The notes beneath the pieces are model-generated. The model saw only the letters and a program-made list of their open reading frames with translations. It was not told the origin of the DNA and searched no databases. From Octopus bimaculoides (lineage: Eukaryota), in contig NC_068988.1 in the NCBI RefSeq assembly GCF_001194135.2, forward strand, positions 72,319,073 to 72,383,072: DNA of 64,000 bases. The letters run 5' to 3'. The number at the start of each line of letters is the position of its first letter. The stretch's first letter is position 1. Shown here one piece after another: positions 1 to 11,700 of the stretch. A program made the position numbers and the translations under genes.

Positions 1-119
1 TGTTCGTACAACGAACACACAAAAAAACTCGCCAAGGAAAGCGAAGATGCCACACCGCTGGACAACAATTTACTAAAAAAATAAATAGAAGCAATAAATT
101 GCTGCCCAGCTGAGCAACA

Positions 120-260
120 AAAACGACCTACCCGGGCGAATTCTTCAATTTTTCCTTCTATAGACAGAGCCGAAAACCATGTCTATCTTCGCTCACAGTA
201 AGTAGCCAGTCTGGCGCACATGCGCAGTAAGCAAACCGGAAGTAAGCAAGCTACTTACCA
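120..260. promoter_or_regulatory. Housekeeping-type promoter-like region (NRF1-like and ETS motifs)
   Basis: GCGCACATGCGCAG (~206-219) and CCGGAAGT (~236-243) lie close together in a locally CpG-rich stretch. Possible donors: CCGG|GTAGGT on the minus strand (~130) and CA|GTAAGT on the plus strand (~198). Direction unresolved. Confidence 0.4.
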
Positions 261-277
261 CACAGCCACTCCTGCGC
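240..277 (-). mobile_element. 5' head fragment of type-B SINE
   Basis: Reverse complement AGGCGCAGGAGTGGCTGTGTGGTAAGTAGCTTGCT matches the start of the full copies at 36858 and 33836. Confidence 0.7.
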
Positions 278-1140
278 CTATGCAAATATAGCAAAAATAG
301 TAATACCGAAGAAAAGACAGATGAATATCTTCGGATATTCATGTTAGATATTTCTTTGAATAATATTTCTTATAATATCTGTAAATGAATAAGTCATCTA
401 AGTGGGATGTAGAACTTAATTTGAGGCAAGTCGGACTCGATCCTCTGTTGACTTTAATTTATTTCATTTGCACTGCGCATGTTTTTGCTTTTTGTTTTTA
501 ATAGACATAACGATATACAGTACTATTTCACTCTGCTTAAGGAACCAATGTTTTCCCCTGAAATGTCGCCAGAACCGTGCAGCAAAACGCAAATAAACAG
601 AAAGTCTCGATCGCAATTCCAGAAACTGGAACTTTTAAAGCACTTGGAAAAGGCATAAATGATTGAATACTCATTCTATTGTTCTTAATATATAAAGCAT
701 TTACGGGATTCCCGAAAAGAGGAACCAATGAGTCTCATTAACCAAGAAATAGTTCGATTCAAAACATGTCTTCGATTTTTGGTTGACGCAAGTTCAAGAT
801 TACTCAATAGTTGAGAATGAAATAAATAGCTGAAAGCACTTACACCAGTTTTATTTTGGTTTCTACTAAATTTGTTTCGGTGTTGAGATCCCTGAATACT
901 GAATCAAATTTTTCAGAAATGAGATACAAGAAGAAGAAAAAAAGGAAAGAAAGAAAACAACAGTTATTCATTTCATTCTCGTTACTGACTTTCATTTTCT
1001 ACCACTTACTTTCCTTCTGGGTTATTTACTTCTAAACCACCAAGATAGTGGTTCAGTTATGCTTTCGTGCTAAATAAAGTAATTAACAATAGTATGTGAT
1101 TAGACAAACGAAAGCTTATATTTATGAACAACTATTATTA

Positions 1141-1296
1141 AAGTGGCTGTGTGGTAAGAAGATTGCTTCCCAGCCAAACGGTTCCGGGTTCAGTCCTACT
1201 GCATGGCTCCTTGGGCAAGTATCTTCGGCCCGACCAAAGCCTTGTGAGTTGATGTGGTAAAAAGAAGCTGAAAGAAACTCGTCGTATACATATATG

Positions 1297-1329
<33 letters not shown>

Positions 1330-1545
1330 CTTTGTGTTTGTCCCTCATTACCGCTTGACAACCGGTGTTGGTGTGTTTACGTCCCCGTAACTTAGCGGTT
1401 CGGCCAAACACACCGATAGAATAAGTACCAGGTTTAAAAAATAAGTACTGGTGTCGATTCATTCGATTACAAATTCAAGGCGGTGCCCCAGCATGGCCAC
1501 AGTCTAACGACTGAAACAAATAAAAGATAAAAAATAAAAGATAAA
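1141..1545 (+). mobile_element. tRNA-derived SINE, type B (CORE-like domain, internal microsatellite)
   Basis: GTGGCTGTGTGGTAAG...GGTTCAGTCC (A/B boxes), CCTTGGGCAAGT CORE-like motif, internal (AT)/(GT) tract, tail GGCGGTGCCCCAGCATGGCC...GAAACAAATAAAAGA. Many copies in window. Confidence 0.9.
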
Positions 1546-1647
1546 GATATAATATATTCTTCGACCTTTACCAAAGAATTGTCTTACATCCAGTTCATAT
1601 AAGTAATCTGGCACCAACAGTTTTGACACAATATTCTCAGGGGGTCT

Positions 1648-1870
1648 AAGACGGCGAGCTGGAAGAAACGTTAGCACGCCGGGCGAAATGCTTAGCGGTA
1701 TTTCGTCTGCCGCTACGTTCTGAGTTCAAATTCCGCCGAGGTCGACTTTGCCTTTCATCCTTTCGGGGTCGATTAAATAGGTACCAGTTGAGTACCAGTA
1801 CTAATCAATCTAATCAATTGGCCTCCTCCCCAAAAATTTCGGACCTGGTGCCTAGAGTAGAAAAGAATAT
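1648..1870 (+). mobile_element. tRNA-derived SINE, type A (Deu/Nin-like domain)
   Basis: GGCGAGCTGG..GAA.CGTTAGCACGCCGGGCGAAATGCTTAGCGG head, then GTCGACTTTGCCTTTCATCCTTTCGGGGTCGAT...GTACCAG, resembling the Deu/Nin domain of AmnSINE/DeuSINE. Confidence 0.85.
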
Positions 1871-2609
1871 TTTCATGCGTCTAATTTATATTTCCTTCGC
1901 ATACATCACCTGTTGTCATTGTGTGATTATTAGAATAATAATTATTTGTTTCATTATCGATAAACTTATCTATTTTCAAAATGAATGCGAAGACTTTTAT
2001 ACATACTTACATTTGAAAGGTATTTGAAGATTAAGGTACTGATTTGTTTGTTTCCTCGTTTTATCTCGTAGAATCGATCTTCAAGCTGTCTTTTGCCTTG
2101 ATATTCCAGCCATTCCATGTAGAGTGGTTTGTAAACCAGAGTTTGTGAAGCAAGTTCGATTTCTGTTTGAGACATTACTTTGCCTCCGTACGCTACATAA
2201 AAATAGAATGCTTTTGGTGCTGACTCAGCGACAGATTAATTATGTCGCAATGTCTTTCTTTATATATCAGTACATCGAGTTTGCACATGATTTCTGTTTA
2301 GAAATTTCTAGTGCAAATGTATTCCGCTATTTTACCCCAGTGCATCAAAAATAACACAAAGTATATGGTTTCAAATAAGGCACGAAAAGAATCTTCATGA
2401 TTAAAAGTGACAAACACAAAATGTAGCATTTTTGATTCAGAGATTCGTATCGCTCAGGTCGTAGTTGGAACAATTGAGTATAAATAACTTCGAAATCTTT
2501 TTATGAATCTTAAACGGCAATAAAATGTCCCCCTATTTTTTTTTTTTTTTTTTGCACAACGAGTAAAAAAATGAATTTAAAAAATGATTTTATCTTTGGA
2601 TACGCTCAT

Positions 2610-2820
2610 ACTACGTTTCATGCTACATTTGGACATGGTCAAATAGCGACGGGTCTTCTAGGTCTTACATAGATAGGATATTTATTAGAAAATTCGATAA
2701 AGAAATAGTTACGCGTCCACAATTCCACTTGGTCAGTTACACTGACCACAAGATGGTAACTTGTAAACTGCACCTAGATAAGATATATAGTAAGGGTTCC
2801 GGCTACTGGAAACTCAATAA
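2610..2820 (+). mobile_element. L1/Tx1 LINE ORF2 APE endonuclease fragment
   Basis: Translates to TWSNSDGSSRSYIDRIFIR...SYTDHKMVTCKLHLDKIYSKGSGYWKLN, containing the TW-N...RIDR, SDH and GYWKLN motifs of L1/Tx1 endonuclease. Runs into a gap. Confidence 0.85.
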
Positions 2821-3015
2821 NNNNNNNNNNNNNNNNNNNNNNNNNNNNNNNNNNNNNNNNNNNNNNNNNNNNNNNNNNNNNNNNNNNNNNNNNNNNNNNN
2901 NNNNNNNNNNNNNNNNNNNNCATATATATATGTATATATATATATATACACACACACATATATATATATAAACACATATATACATACACATACCAATATA
3001 TATATATATATATAC

Positions 3016-3048
<33 letters not shown>

Positions 3049-3954
3049 CATACATACATATACATACATGTACATACATATATATATATATATATATACA
3101 CACATCTACATACATATACACATATATATGCATACATATATATATATACACACACATACGCATATATACCTAACGAATTTATATCGAGGCCAGATTATTA
3201 ATTAATGAATTAATTATTTTTTTATTATGATGAACGATGTACAAGCATCATATTCGAAATGAAATTTATTGCTTGTGGAAAAGTAAGGTTTTATTTTTAT
3301 ACTGAATCCCTGGCAAGTTTCTTGTATTGAGACTAAAGATTTGTTATTTTGAAATTTTAAATTGTCTTCAGTGGATTAACTCATAACGTTTCGTATTAAT
3401 TTCAAGTGAAGATAATTCTATTGACTGTGGGATGTGTCATTATATTTGTATCTAAATACCTATTATAAATTTTAAATAAGCTATCGTCGTTGTACTAAAT
3501 GATTATTACATTTATAAAGAAATTGATTTAATTTATGAATTAATGATAATAACAATAATAATACTAAATGATTAATTTCATATAATGCCATATTGTGATC
3601 AAAAGCATTTATTTCCAAGTACGTATTTCCGGCTTTTTTTTATATAGCTACTTTATTTGTAAACATATAAACTTCGACTTACAAAGATAATTTTTTTCTC
3701 TGGTAGGATAAGTAACTTGGTATTTATTCTGGGAATTGTGTTTGTGTTGATATGAATAAATAGATTACAACAATTATTATATATAGTTATATATTTTTGA
3801 ATAATCGTAAAAATATGTATTAACGGTGGTAGAGCTTGTATACATATTGCAATACTCTATTTTCGTTACTTTTAAAAGAGTTAGTAATATTTGTTTGTTT
3901 ATAGGTAGTTCGATAATAATTTTTACTTTGTTGAAATGATAACAATATCGTTAA

Positions 3955-4175
3955 TATTGGTTCCAATTTTTAGTATAAGGCCAGCAATTTCGAATGAATT
4001 GGGGTTAGTCGATTACATCAACCCTAGTGCTCAACAAATGCTTATTTTATCGACACCAAAAGGATGGAAGGCAAAGTCGACCTCGGGGGAATTTGAACTC
4101 AGAACGTAAAGACGGACGAAATGTCGCTAACTATTTTGCCCGGGGTGCTTGCGATTCTGCCAGCTCACCGCCTTA
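3955..4175 (-). mobile_element. Type-A SINE (Deu/Nin-like)
   Basis: Reverse complement of the 1648-1870 family (GGATGGAAGGCAAAGTCGACCTCGG...GAACTCAGAACGTA). Confidence 0.85.
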
Positions 4176-4859
4176 AGCAACGATGTTAACAGAAAACCTT
4201 AACGTTAATGAAAATAACACTAAATAGGAAGAAGTGAACAGATTCTCAGAATTTCACTTGCTTAAAAATTGTGTGGAAATATGCAGGAAAGTATCAGTTT
4301 TTCTGCTGCTTTGAGCTGATAATGCTTACTTTACCATCACTTTAAAAGTTTAAACACATTTCCCCGTGCAACATCGCTTATGTTTTTGGCCATTTGAAAT
4401 TTTGTAACTTTCACTCTGCCCCTATTTAGAGTAATTTCTTGAACCGCTAAATTACAGCTTTACTTTTAATTGATTAAAAATTAGTTTCGACTCACTATAT
4501 GAAATATTTTAGCCTTGAATAGAATGTATCTTTGTTGTGTAAAATTTTCATTTGAGCAATGTTGTAAGGCATTTCTCTATGTTAGATTGTGTATTCAGCG
4601 CATTATTGTCGTACAAATACCATAAGCTCAGTAAGATTTCTCTCTTTTTTTGTGATTTGTTAGATATATATTGACAATACTTCACTTAAGATATCTGATA
4701 AAACCGAAACATATCTAGAATTATCACATAGATTCCGAAGTTGAAACTCGCTCACCCAGCCCCTTATATATTTCCATTTAATTTTAGGTTAACTAAAATT
4801 TGTTGTGGTGGATAAAGCCCTCAATTACTACAGGGCCTAATAACTCTGTTTTACATGAG

Positions 4860-5060
4860 CTTTAGATTCAATTGTTTTTGGCCGACAGTACTTGCAATAG
4901 GCTTCTTGATTTCAGAATTCTGGACTTATCGCCAATATATCCGGTGCCAGGCCCTCTGTTAAGAAACGAGGAAAGTTGAAACACAAATGCTACAGAAAGG
5001 ACGACCACTCGTACTGCAGGGGCATCGGGGAGAACTTTGTGATTTTTCTCCCTTGCTTCT
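4860..5060 (-). mobile_element. Possible decayed PLE GIY-YIG fragment
   Basis: Minus frame SVAFVFQL...GTGYIGDKSRILKSR loosely fits VY-x-C..C..YIG-T-R-L..R. Confidence 0.3.
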
Positions 5061-5627
5061 TACGAGGAATTGTCATTGACGATAATGCAATTTCTTCACA
5101 TTGTTATTTTAATTACACTTTATCAACATTCATTTGTAGGTCATCCTTGAAATATTATATAATTATATGTACTCTTGAGAAATTTTTAGTGCCACTATTT
5201 GAATTATATAATCAGTGAACTATTTTCAAATGAAAACCACATTTTAATTAAATCATAATTTAGTCAAATAGCTACACTAAGGAGCCTTAATAACATGAAA
5301 GTACGCCAGGTGTTGTATAGCTACTAGTTAGATTAAATATCAAATACGCATGAAACGAAAAAAAAAAAAACCTTGTAATTTTAATGAAATCTAACGGTAA
5401 TATGTAGTATCATTATAGAATTATGTGGCGTGCATAGTATATGTTTTTGGGTCACATTTCCTTCCAAGTGTTTGTTGAAAGCTGAATTAAACTGTTCCAT
5501 ATATGGAGTATAGCTCTGAGGTTTGTAAGAGTGTGAGTTGGTATTAACTTCCGTGAAACACGGAAGCAGAGTATATAGTAGGATGCTACAGGAAATATTT
5601 TCTTTCGTCAGAAATTCTACCCTCATC

Positions 5628-5845
5628 AAGGTGGCGAGCTGGCAGAAACGTTAGCACACCGGGCGAAATGCTTAGTGGTATTTCGTCTGTCTTTACGTTC
5701 TGAGTTCAAATTCCACCGAGGTCGACTTTGCCTTTCATCCTTTCGAGGGTCGATAAATGAAATAGCAGTTGTGTACTAGGGTCGATCTAATCGACTTGCC
5801 CCCTCCCCCAAAATTTCGGTCCTTGTGCCTAGAGTAGAAAAGAAA
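5628..5845 (+). mobile_element. Type-A SINE (Deu/Nin-like)
   Basis: Near-complete copy of the 1648-1870 family. Confidence 0.9.
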
Positions 5846-7380
5846 TTTCACCCTCAGTTCCCTCATGTCATTCTCAGTATCTATTCACTGTATACCTATT
5901 TCTTTAATCTTTTCAGCTTAATGTTTTTAATCTTTTATTTTTCCATATTTTTTTTATAGTGAGCATTACAGAAACAAACAAATCGAAAGCAGCTCGCTTA
6001 TCATGTAATAAGCAGGGAAGTTAACACATTTAATTGAATGATGCTATTGTCAATGTAATCAGCCGTCTAGTAAACTTTCACCTATAATCTTGCTGTTGTA
6101 TCTTCTGAAACCAATCTGCTTCTGTCTTTCTTGTATCGGTATTTAGCGTAGTACTTATCTATTCATGCAGCTGTATCAGCAGTCCTACATCACTGCCTTT
6201 TGCATACATACATTAGCTCACAGATTATATCACAATGTGTAGGTAAACTGCTATTAAACCTAAATAAGAAATCTATAAATAACTTAACATTTTGACGAGT
6301 ATCAAAGAGCAATAGAATAAGCTTCTAATAAGTCGAATCTGCAGCAAATTTTATATACTATGTTCATCTTCGATGCTAATACCCTTAAGTGACGTATGCA
6401 CTTTCTCAAATCTCATTTTCCACCCACCTCCCGATACAAGTAAGAATATATTCCGATAAAAATAAATAATTATATATTTTGTGGTGGAAGGTAACAAAAA
6501 GGCTCCTAAAAGACTGAAACCTAGTTTAGAATACTTTCCAAATAATGTTACTTCATGTTACTTATTACTTTGAAAAAGATATGAACATCTCGATGTATCA
6601 ATGCAATTTGATACATTGATACTTATTTCAATTTGATATATTGGTACTTATTTTATTGATCCTGCTAGTATAAAAACATATATTCCTTATTAATGTGCTT
6701 TAAATGCAGAACAAAAAGATGGAACGAAACATATTGAGTATTTAGTCCTCGCACTGCATAGTATCTCTTGCACTGAGTTTGAAAATTACATTAGAACAAT
6801 ATTGGTTCGAATTTCCAATGAATTGCTTGTCTAAAATATCAACTTTACTCGCTCATATGATACACTAACTTTACTTGTATCTCGTTTATCTGGTTTAATA
6901 TATAACAACGTTCTCTTTTTTTTTACCTACTTCTTTTTTTGTTTTGTTTTTGTCTTTGTTTTTTTTGTTGTTGTTTTGTTTTTGTTTTTTGTATTTAATT
7001 TAATTTTGTTAACGTATTTAATTCCATTTATTTATCTATGTTTTGTATTATATTTTGTTCATATTGTTATCGGTTTATGGGGATTTTATTGTCATATGTT
7101 GTGGTTTGTTGGGGGGGGGTGCTAGTGTTCCATTCCAGTTTCCTATTCAGGCTAGGTATAAACACATGAACAAATAAATAAATAAAAACAAAATAAACGA
7201 ACATGTATTAACAGAGGATACAGATAATACAAGCACTCTCCATACACACACATGCACTTACAAAACATAGACACACATTGAGGGATACGCATGCGTAGAC
7301 ACATACAATAGGAATACAAAATACAAAATGGCTGATCGTTAGCAAGGAGGGACACACATATAAGAAAGAAGAAAGCAAAG

Positions 7381-7440
7381 GACCACTGATGAGGTCACAG
7401 AAGTGTGACGAAAGAACTGTGGCCGAAATATGATTAATGT
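7381..7440 (+). ncRNA. Hammerhead ribozyme core remnant
   Basis: CTGATGA(7386-92)-GGTCACAG...CTGTGGCC-GAAA(7425-28): 8-bp stem II with one G-U pair. Stems I and III are decayed. Confidence 0.5.
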
Positions 7441-8070
7441 AATGTAATGTAATATAAAGCTGAAGCAAATTATCACCAAATATACAGTGCGTGTGTTTTT
7501 ATTGACTAAACTGACAACATGACCATCCCCAAACACAGCAATATCTGTTTCAGCATACGATTTCACATCAAAAGTCTTGCAAAACAAATATATATATATA
7601 TATATGTAAATCCTCATATAGAGAGTATTTATGCACATCCATGCGTGTGGTGTGGTGTATGTGTGCATCTGTGTGTTTATTTTCATATATGTATATCTGT
7701 TATACGCAACGGAAATATTAGTAGATTAAAATAGCCATCTGTGTATCATATTAATATGAATAGATCGCGAAAAGCAAATTTACTTCAATATCCGTCCGCA
7801 CATATTATCACTTGTGGACTTAATATTTTATAACCACTACTTCGGTAGCAGACGAAAATCGTGATGTGAGAATGCTAGAATCGTATTGCTGTATCATTGA
7901 GCGTTTTCGCTAGCATGTGGTCTCATCCAGCCGCATGCTAAGACCAAATCAGTCGCTAGTGAAAAGTACTGTAGTGTCTGTAAAACAGGACGTAGTTCGA
8001 GATGACTAGGCGGACCTGATTTCGAGTGTACGTTCTGTTTATCGACAAGTTCCTATTGTTGATTCTTACC

Positions 8071-8162
8071 TGCTTTCACCTGATGAAAACGGTTCTTTAG
8101 CATGACGTAACACTTTTGCTCAAGAATAAAGAACACTTCAGAAACAACTGTAGTGAACCGCA
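8071..8162 (+). ncRNA. Type I hammerhead ribozyme motif (PLE-associated)
   Basis: TTCAC-CTGATGA-[stem II includes GTTCTTT/AAAGAAC]-GAAA-C-AACT-G-TA-GTGAA. Stem I is TTCAC/GTGAA; predicted GUA cleavage after 8152. Confidence 0.7.
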
Positions 8163-8459
8163 ACCCATCTGTTTATATATATANNNNNNNNNNNNNNNNN
8201 NNNNNNNNNNNNNNNNNNNNNNNNNNNNNNNNNNNNNNNNNNNNNNNNNNNNNNNNNNNNNNNNNNNNNNNNNNNNNNNNNNNNNNNNNNNNNNNNNNNN
8301 NNNNNNNNNNNNNNNNNNNNNNNNNNNNNNNNNNNNNNNNNNNNNNNNNNNNNNNNNNNNNNNNNNNNNNNNNNNNNNNNNNNNNNNNNNNNTAAGAAAT
8401 TAAAGAAGGAAAATGCACATGCTTTACATAGCTTTAATATATTTTTTAATATATTTTAT

Positions 8460-9612
8460 ATTGTGTTTGTCGACCGGTTTCGCTTTCGCTAATCATGACA
8501 TTAAAATAATTTTAATTACGTATTTTCTTAAGAAATGTTTTGTTTGTGCTGCCTGGGGAGTTTACGGATGAATTATACAACAAGTAGACAACTCTAAGGG
8601 GTGGTAATTGGTGATCGTTATTATTGTGGACAGGGGAGATAATTATTCTTGTATAGAAATTATAGAAATTGTATCTTTGCACTGGTAGAAGGGGAAAACT
8701 GTGAAATTTGGTTTGACGTTACCTGCACATCTCGCTATGTGTTCACTTAAAGGAATCAGTCAGTATTGCGGGAATCGTATTTGCTCTTTCTGTAGAGTGG
8801 TTCTCAGTCTCAATGTTATATTTGTCAGTCCTATATAGTTATGTTCACAACCTGAGCAGGTTACTACATAAATTAGATTCTCAGAGGCACAAGTGAAGTT
8901 GGTTTCAATTGTGAACCTCTCTCCTTGTTTGAAAAGGAAATCCGAGCCTTCAAGTAGTTTGGGGTATATTCCACAGTTTGAGCTTCCACATCTTTTAACC
9001 GTTGGTTTCGTGGTTGTTGTGTAAGACTTCGCATTTGCAAAAGTCACTTTAGCGATTTGTGTTGTCTTTTGCATTTGATAAATTTGTCTTTTAAAGATGT
9101 TGTTCATTTTTGGGTCCCTAGTTAGTAAAGGAAGATTTTGCACAATATTGATTTTATCCATCATAGTTTCTAGGGTTGTGAGTTGATATATACAGTAGTG
9201 TTTTGAGATGAAGTGTGGTGTTATGTTTTGTTGTCCTTAGTGTTTCTATGTCTAATTTCTTGGTACGCTTAATTCTATCGTCTATAAGAGAGCGTGGCTA
9301 TTATATTTCAGTTAGTGTTGTTCCGAGGTCTTAAAGACGAAGGTCCCGAGAAGCTCTATCAGACAATATTGTGCAAATCCTTGTTGCCAAATTAAAGGGG
9401 ATAATTATTTTGACGTGTTTCAAGTGGTAAGAGCTAAAAAGGAGTTATTGCTTCGAGTCCATTGGTTTCTGATAGATGTCAGTTATGATAGGATTGTAAA
9501 CTTTTTATCATAATATCCATAAGTGGGAGCTGTTCTTTGCTATATTCCATTGTGAATTGAACGTTACGGCTTATATCATTGACGAGGAACTTATAATCAA
9601 CTGCTTTGAAGC
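8460..9612 (-). mobile_element. Penelope-like element 3' part: RT thumb, GIY-YIG endonuclease and 3' terminal region
   Basis: Minus translation TDIYQKPMDSKQ.LLFSSYHLKHVKIIIPFNLATRICTI (RT thumb) and CGSSNCGIYP...FTCASENLIYVVTCSGCEHNYIGLTNITLRLR (GIY-YIG). Confidence 0.9.
8468..8500 (-). ncRNA. Minimal hammerhead-like motif at PLE 3' end (core damaged)
   Basis: TGTC-ATGA-TTA-GC-GAAA-GC-GAAA-C-CG-G-TC-GACA: stem I TGTC/GACA, GNRA-capped stem II, palindromic ACCGGT stem III, GUC site. The CTG of CUGAUGA is missing. Confidence 0.5.
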
Positions 9613-9613
9613 A

Positions 9614-11700
9614 AATATTCTCACTGGCTAGGTGACACCGTCTCCATTACTCGCATACCAATTATACCATCTAATGTCCCTTTTCAACTTAAGCCCTTAC
9701 AGTTTCCTATCCGTGTTTCTTTTGCCATGAGCATTAATAAAAGTCAGGGCCAAACACTAAAAGTTGCTGGATTGCAACTTGAAGAACCATCCTTTTCACA
9801 TGGCCAACTTTATGTAGGAGCATCACATGTGGGAGCTGCGTAATTTGTCTCAACAAAAATTATGCAATGGTACAACACTAATTGTACACAAACTCATAAG
9901 AAACTGCATTGAGGCAAATGCATTCCGAAATAGAACAAAAAGCATTGTTTATAAAGAACTATTCACTCTTAATGCAACACGAATACTTCAATAATTTAAT
10001 TTGCCATCGCTATGATTATGTTCATGAATGAGTAAATTACTGACTTAAATGAACAGTATTAATGCCATTATTGTATTGATAAATAAAATAACACATACAT
10101 CCCATTTATTATTGTCATATGATAAACTCCTCATTTTCTTCACCCGAAAAAAGAGACACGTATTATGCTATTGCGTAATTTGTCTGAACCAAATTAATGC
10201 ATTGGTACAAGATAAATTGTGCACAAACTTATGACGAACTACATTGAGGCAAACATTCTCACTGGTTGTGATAAAGGTGACACCGTCTTCATTCTTCACA
10301 TGCCAGTTATACCATCTAATGTCACATTGCTGTTTAAACGGTAACAGTTTCCTATCCCACTTTCTGTTGCCATAAACATTAATAAAGGTCAGGGCCAAAC
10401 ACTAAAAGTTGATGGATTGCAACTTGAACCATGCTTTTCATATGACCAGCTTTGTGTAGAAGCATCACGTGTGGAAGCAAAAGCAAATCTTTTAGCTTAT
10501 GCAGCCCGAAATAAAACAATAAGCATTGTTTATAAAGAAATAATCACTCTTAATGCAACATCAATACTTCAATAACTTTACTTGTCATTACTATCACTAC
10601 GTTAAAAAAATGAGTAAATTACCTATTTAAATGAAGTGTATTATATAATTGCTATCGCAATATTGATAAATAAAATAGCACATACAACTCATTTATTATT
10701 ATCATATGAAACAGAAGTTCTACTTCAATTATCATATGTGATCGTGGCTTTCAAGAGATCAATCAGCTGAAGTATTTGCAGAGCAGCATTTGAAACTCGG
10801 TGAAGAGTGAGTTCCAATTGATAAAGAACAGTTTCTTACACTCAATCCGATATGTAATTCAACTGACTTCGTTGACGATTTGGTGGATGAAATCTGTCTT
10901 AATCTTCTTGATAACCACATCAATACATATTGTATCTGTGAGCGAGCTATCCTGGGTCCAAAAGATATTGGTGTACATAGCATTAATAGTATAGAATTGA
11001 ATAAACTTCCGGGAGACGTATTCACTTATAACTCAATTGAAAGCGTTGTTGATGATCAGGATATTGTTAACTACTCCATCGAATTTTCGAACTCACTAGA
11101 ACCACCAGGTACAGCCCCTCATTGTATTTAGCTGAAATAGGGACTCCTATTATGTTATTGCATAATTTATCTCAACCAAAATTATGCAACAGTATAAGAT
11201 TAATTGTGCACTAACCGGTGAGGAACTGCATTGAGGCAAAAATTCTCACTGGTTGTAGTAAGGGTGACACCGTCTTCATTCTTCACATACCAGTTGTGCC
11301 TTCTAATGTCCCATTCTAATTTAACTGTTACACTTTCCTATCCGGGTTTGTTTTGCAATGAGCTTTAATAAAACTCGCGGCCAAGCACTAAAAGTTGCTG
11401 GATTGAAACTTGAAGAACCATGTTTTTCACATGGCCAAATTTATGTAGGAGCATCATGTGTGGGAGCAAAAGCAAATCTTTTTGCTTATGCATCCCGAAA
11501 TAAGACAAAAGATAGTGTTTATGCAGAAATATTGACTCTTAATGCAACACGAATACTTCAATAACTTAATTTACCATTGCTATCATTGCATTCACGAATG
11601 AGTAAATTATCTATTTAAATGAAGTGTATTATATGATTGCTATTACTGTATTGATAAATAAAATAACACATACAACTGACTTATTATCATCATATAATAA
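9614..11700 (+). mobile_element. Three tandem decayed Helitron PIF1-helicase 3' fragments
   Basis: Repeated motifs IMLLRNL..PKLCNGTRL and QFPI...FAM.INK.QGQ.LKVAGL.LEEP.FSHGQLYVG.S.VG, each followed by the same ~150-bp 3' tail (CACTCTTAATGCAACACGAATACTTCAATAA...). Copies at ~9614-10130, ~10150-10740 and ~10750-11700; the third also has YSIEFSNSLEPPGTAPH. Confidence 0.92.

Noticed and set aside
2774-3163. Many ORF-track proteins rich in [16 protein letters not shown] or X
   Set aside because: Translations of (AT)n, (GT)n, (AC)n, (CT)n microsatellites and N gaps; applies throughout the window.
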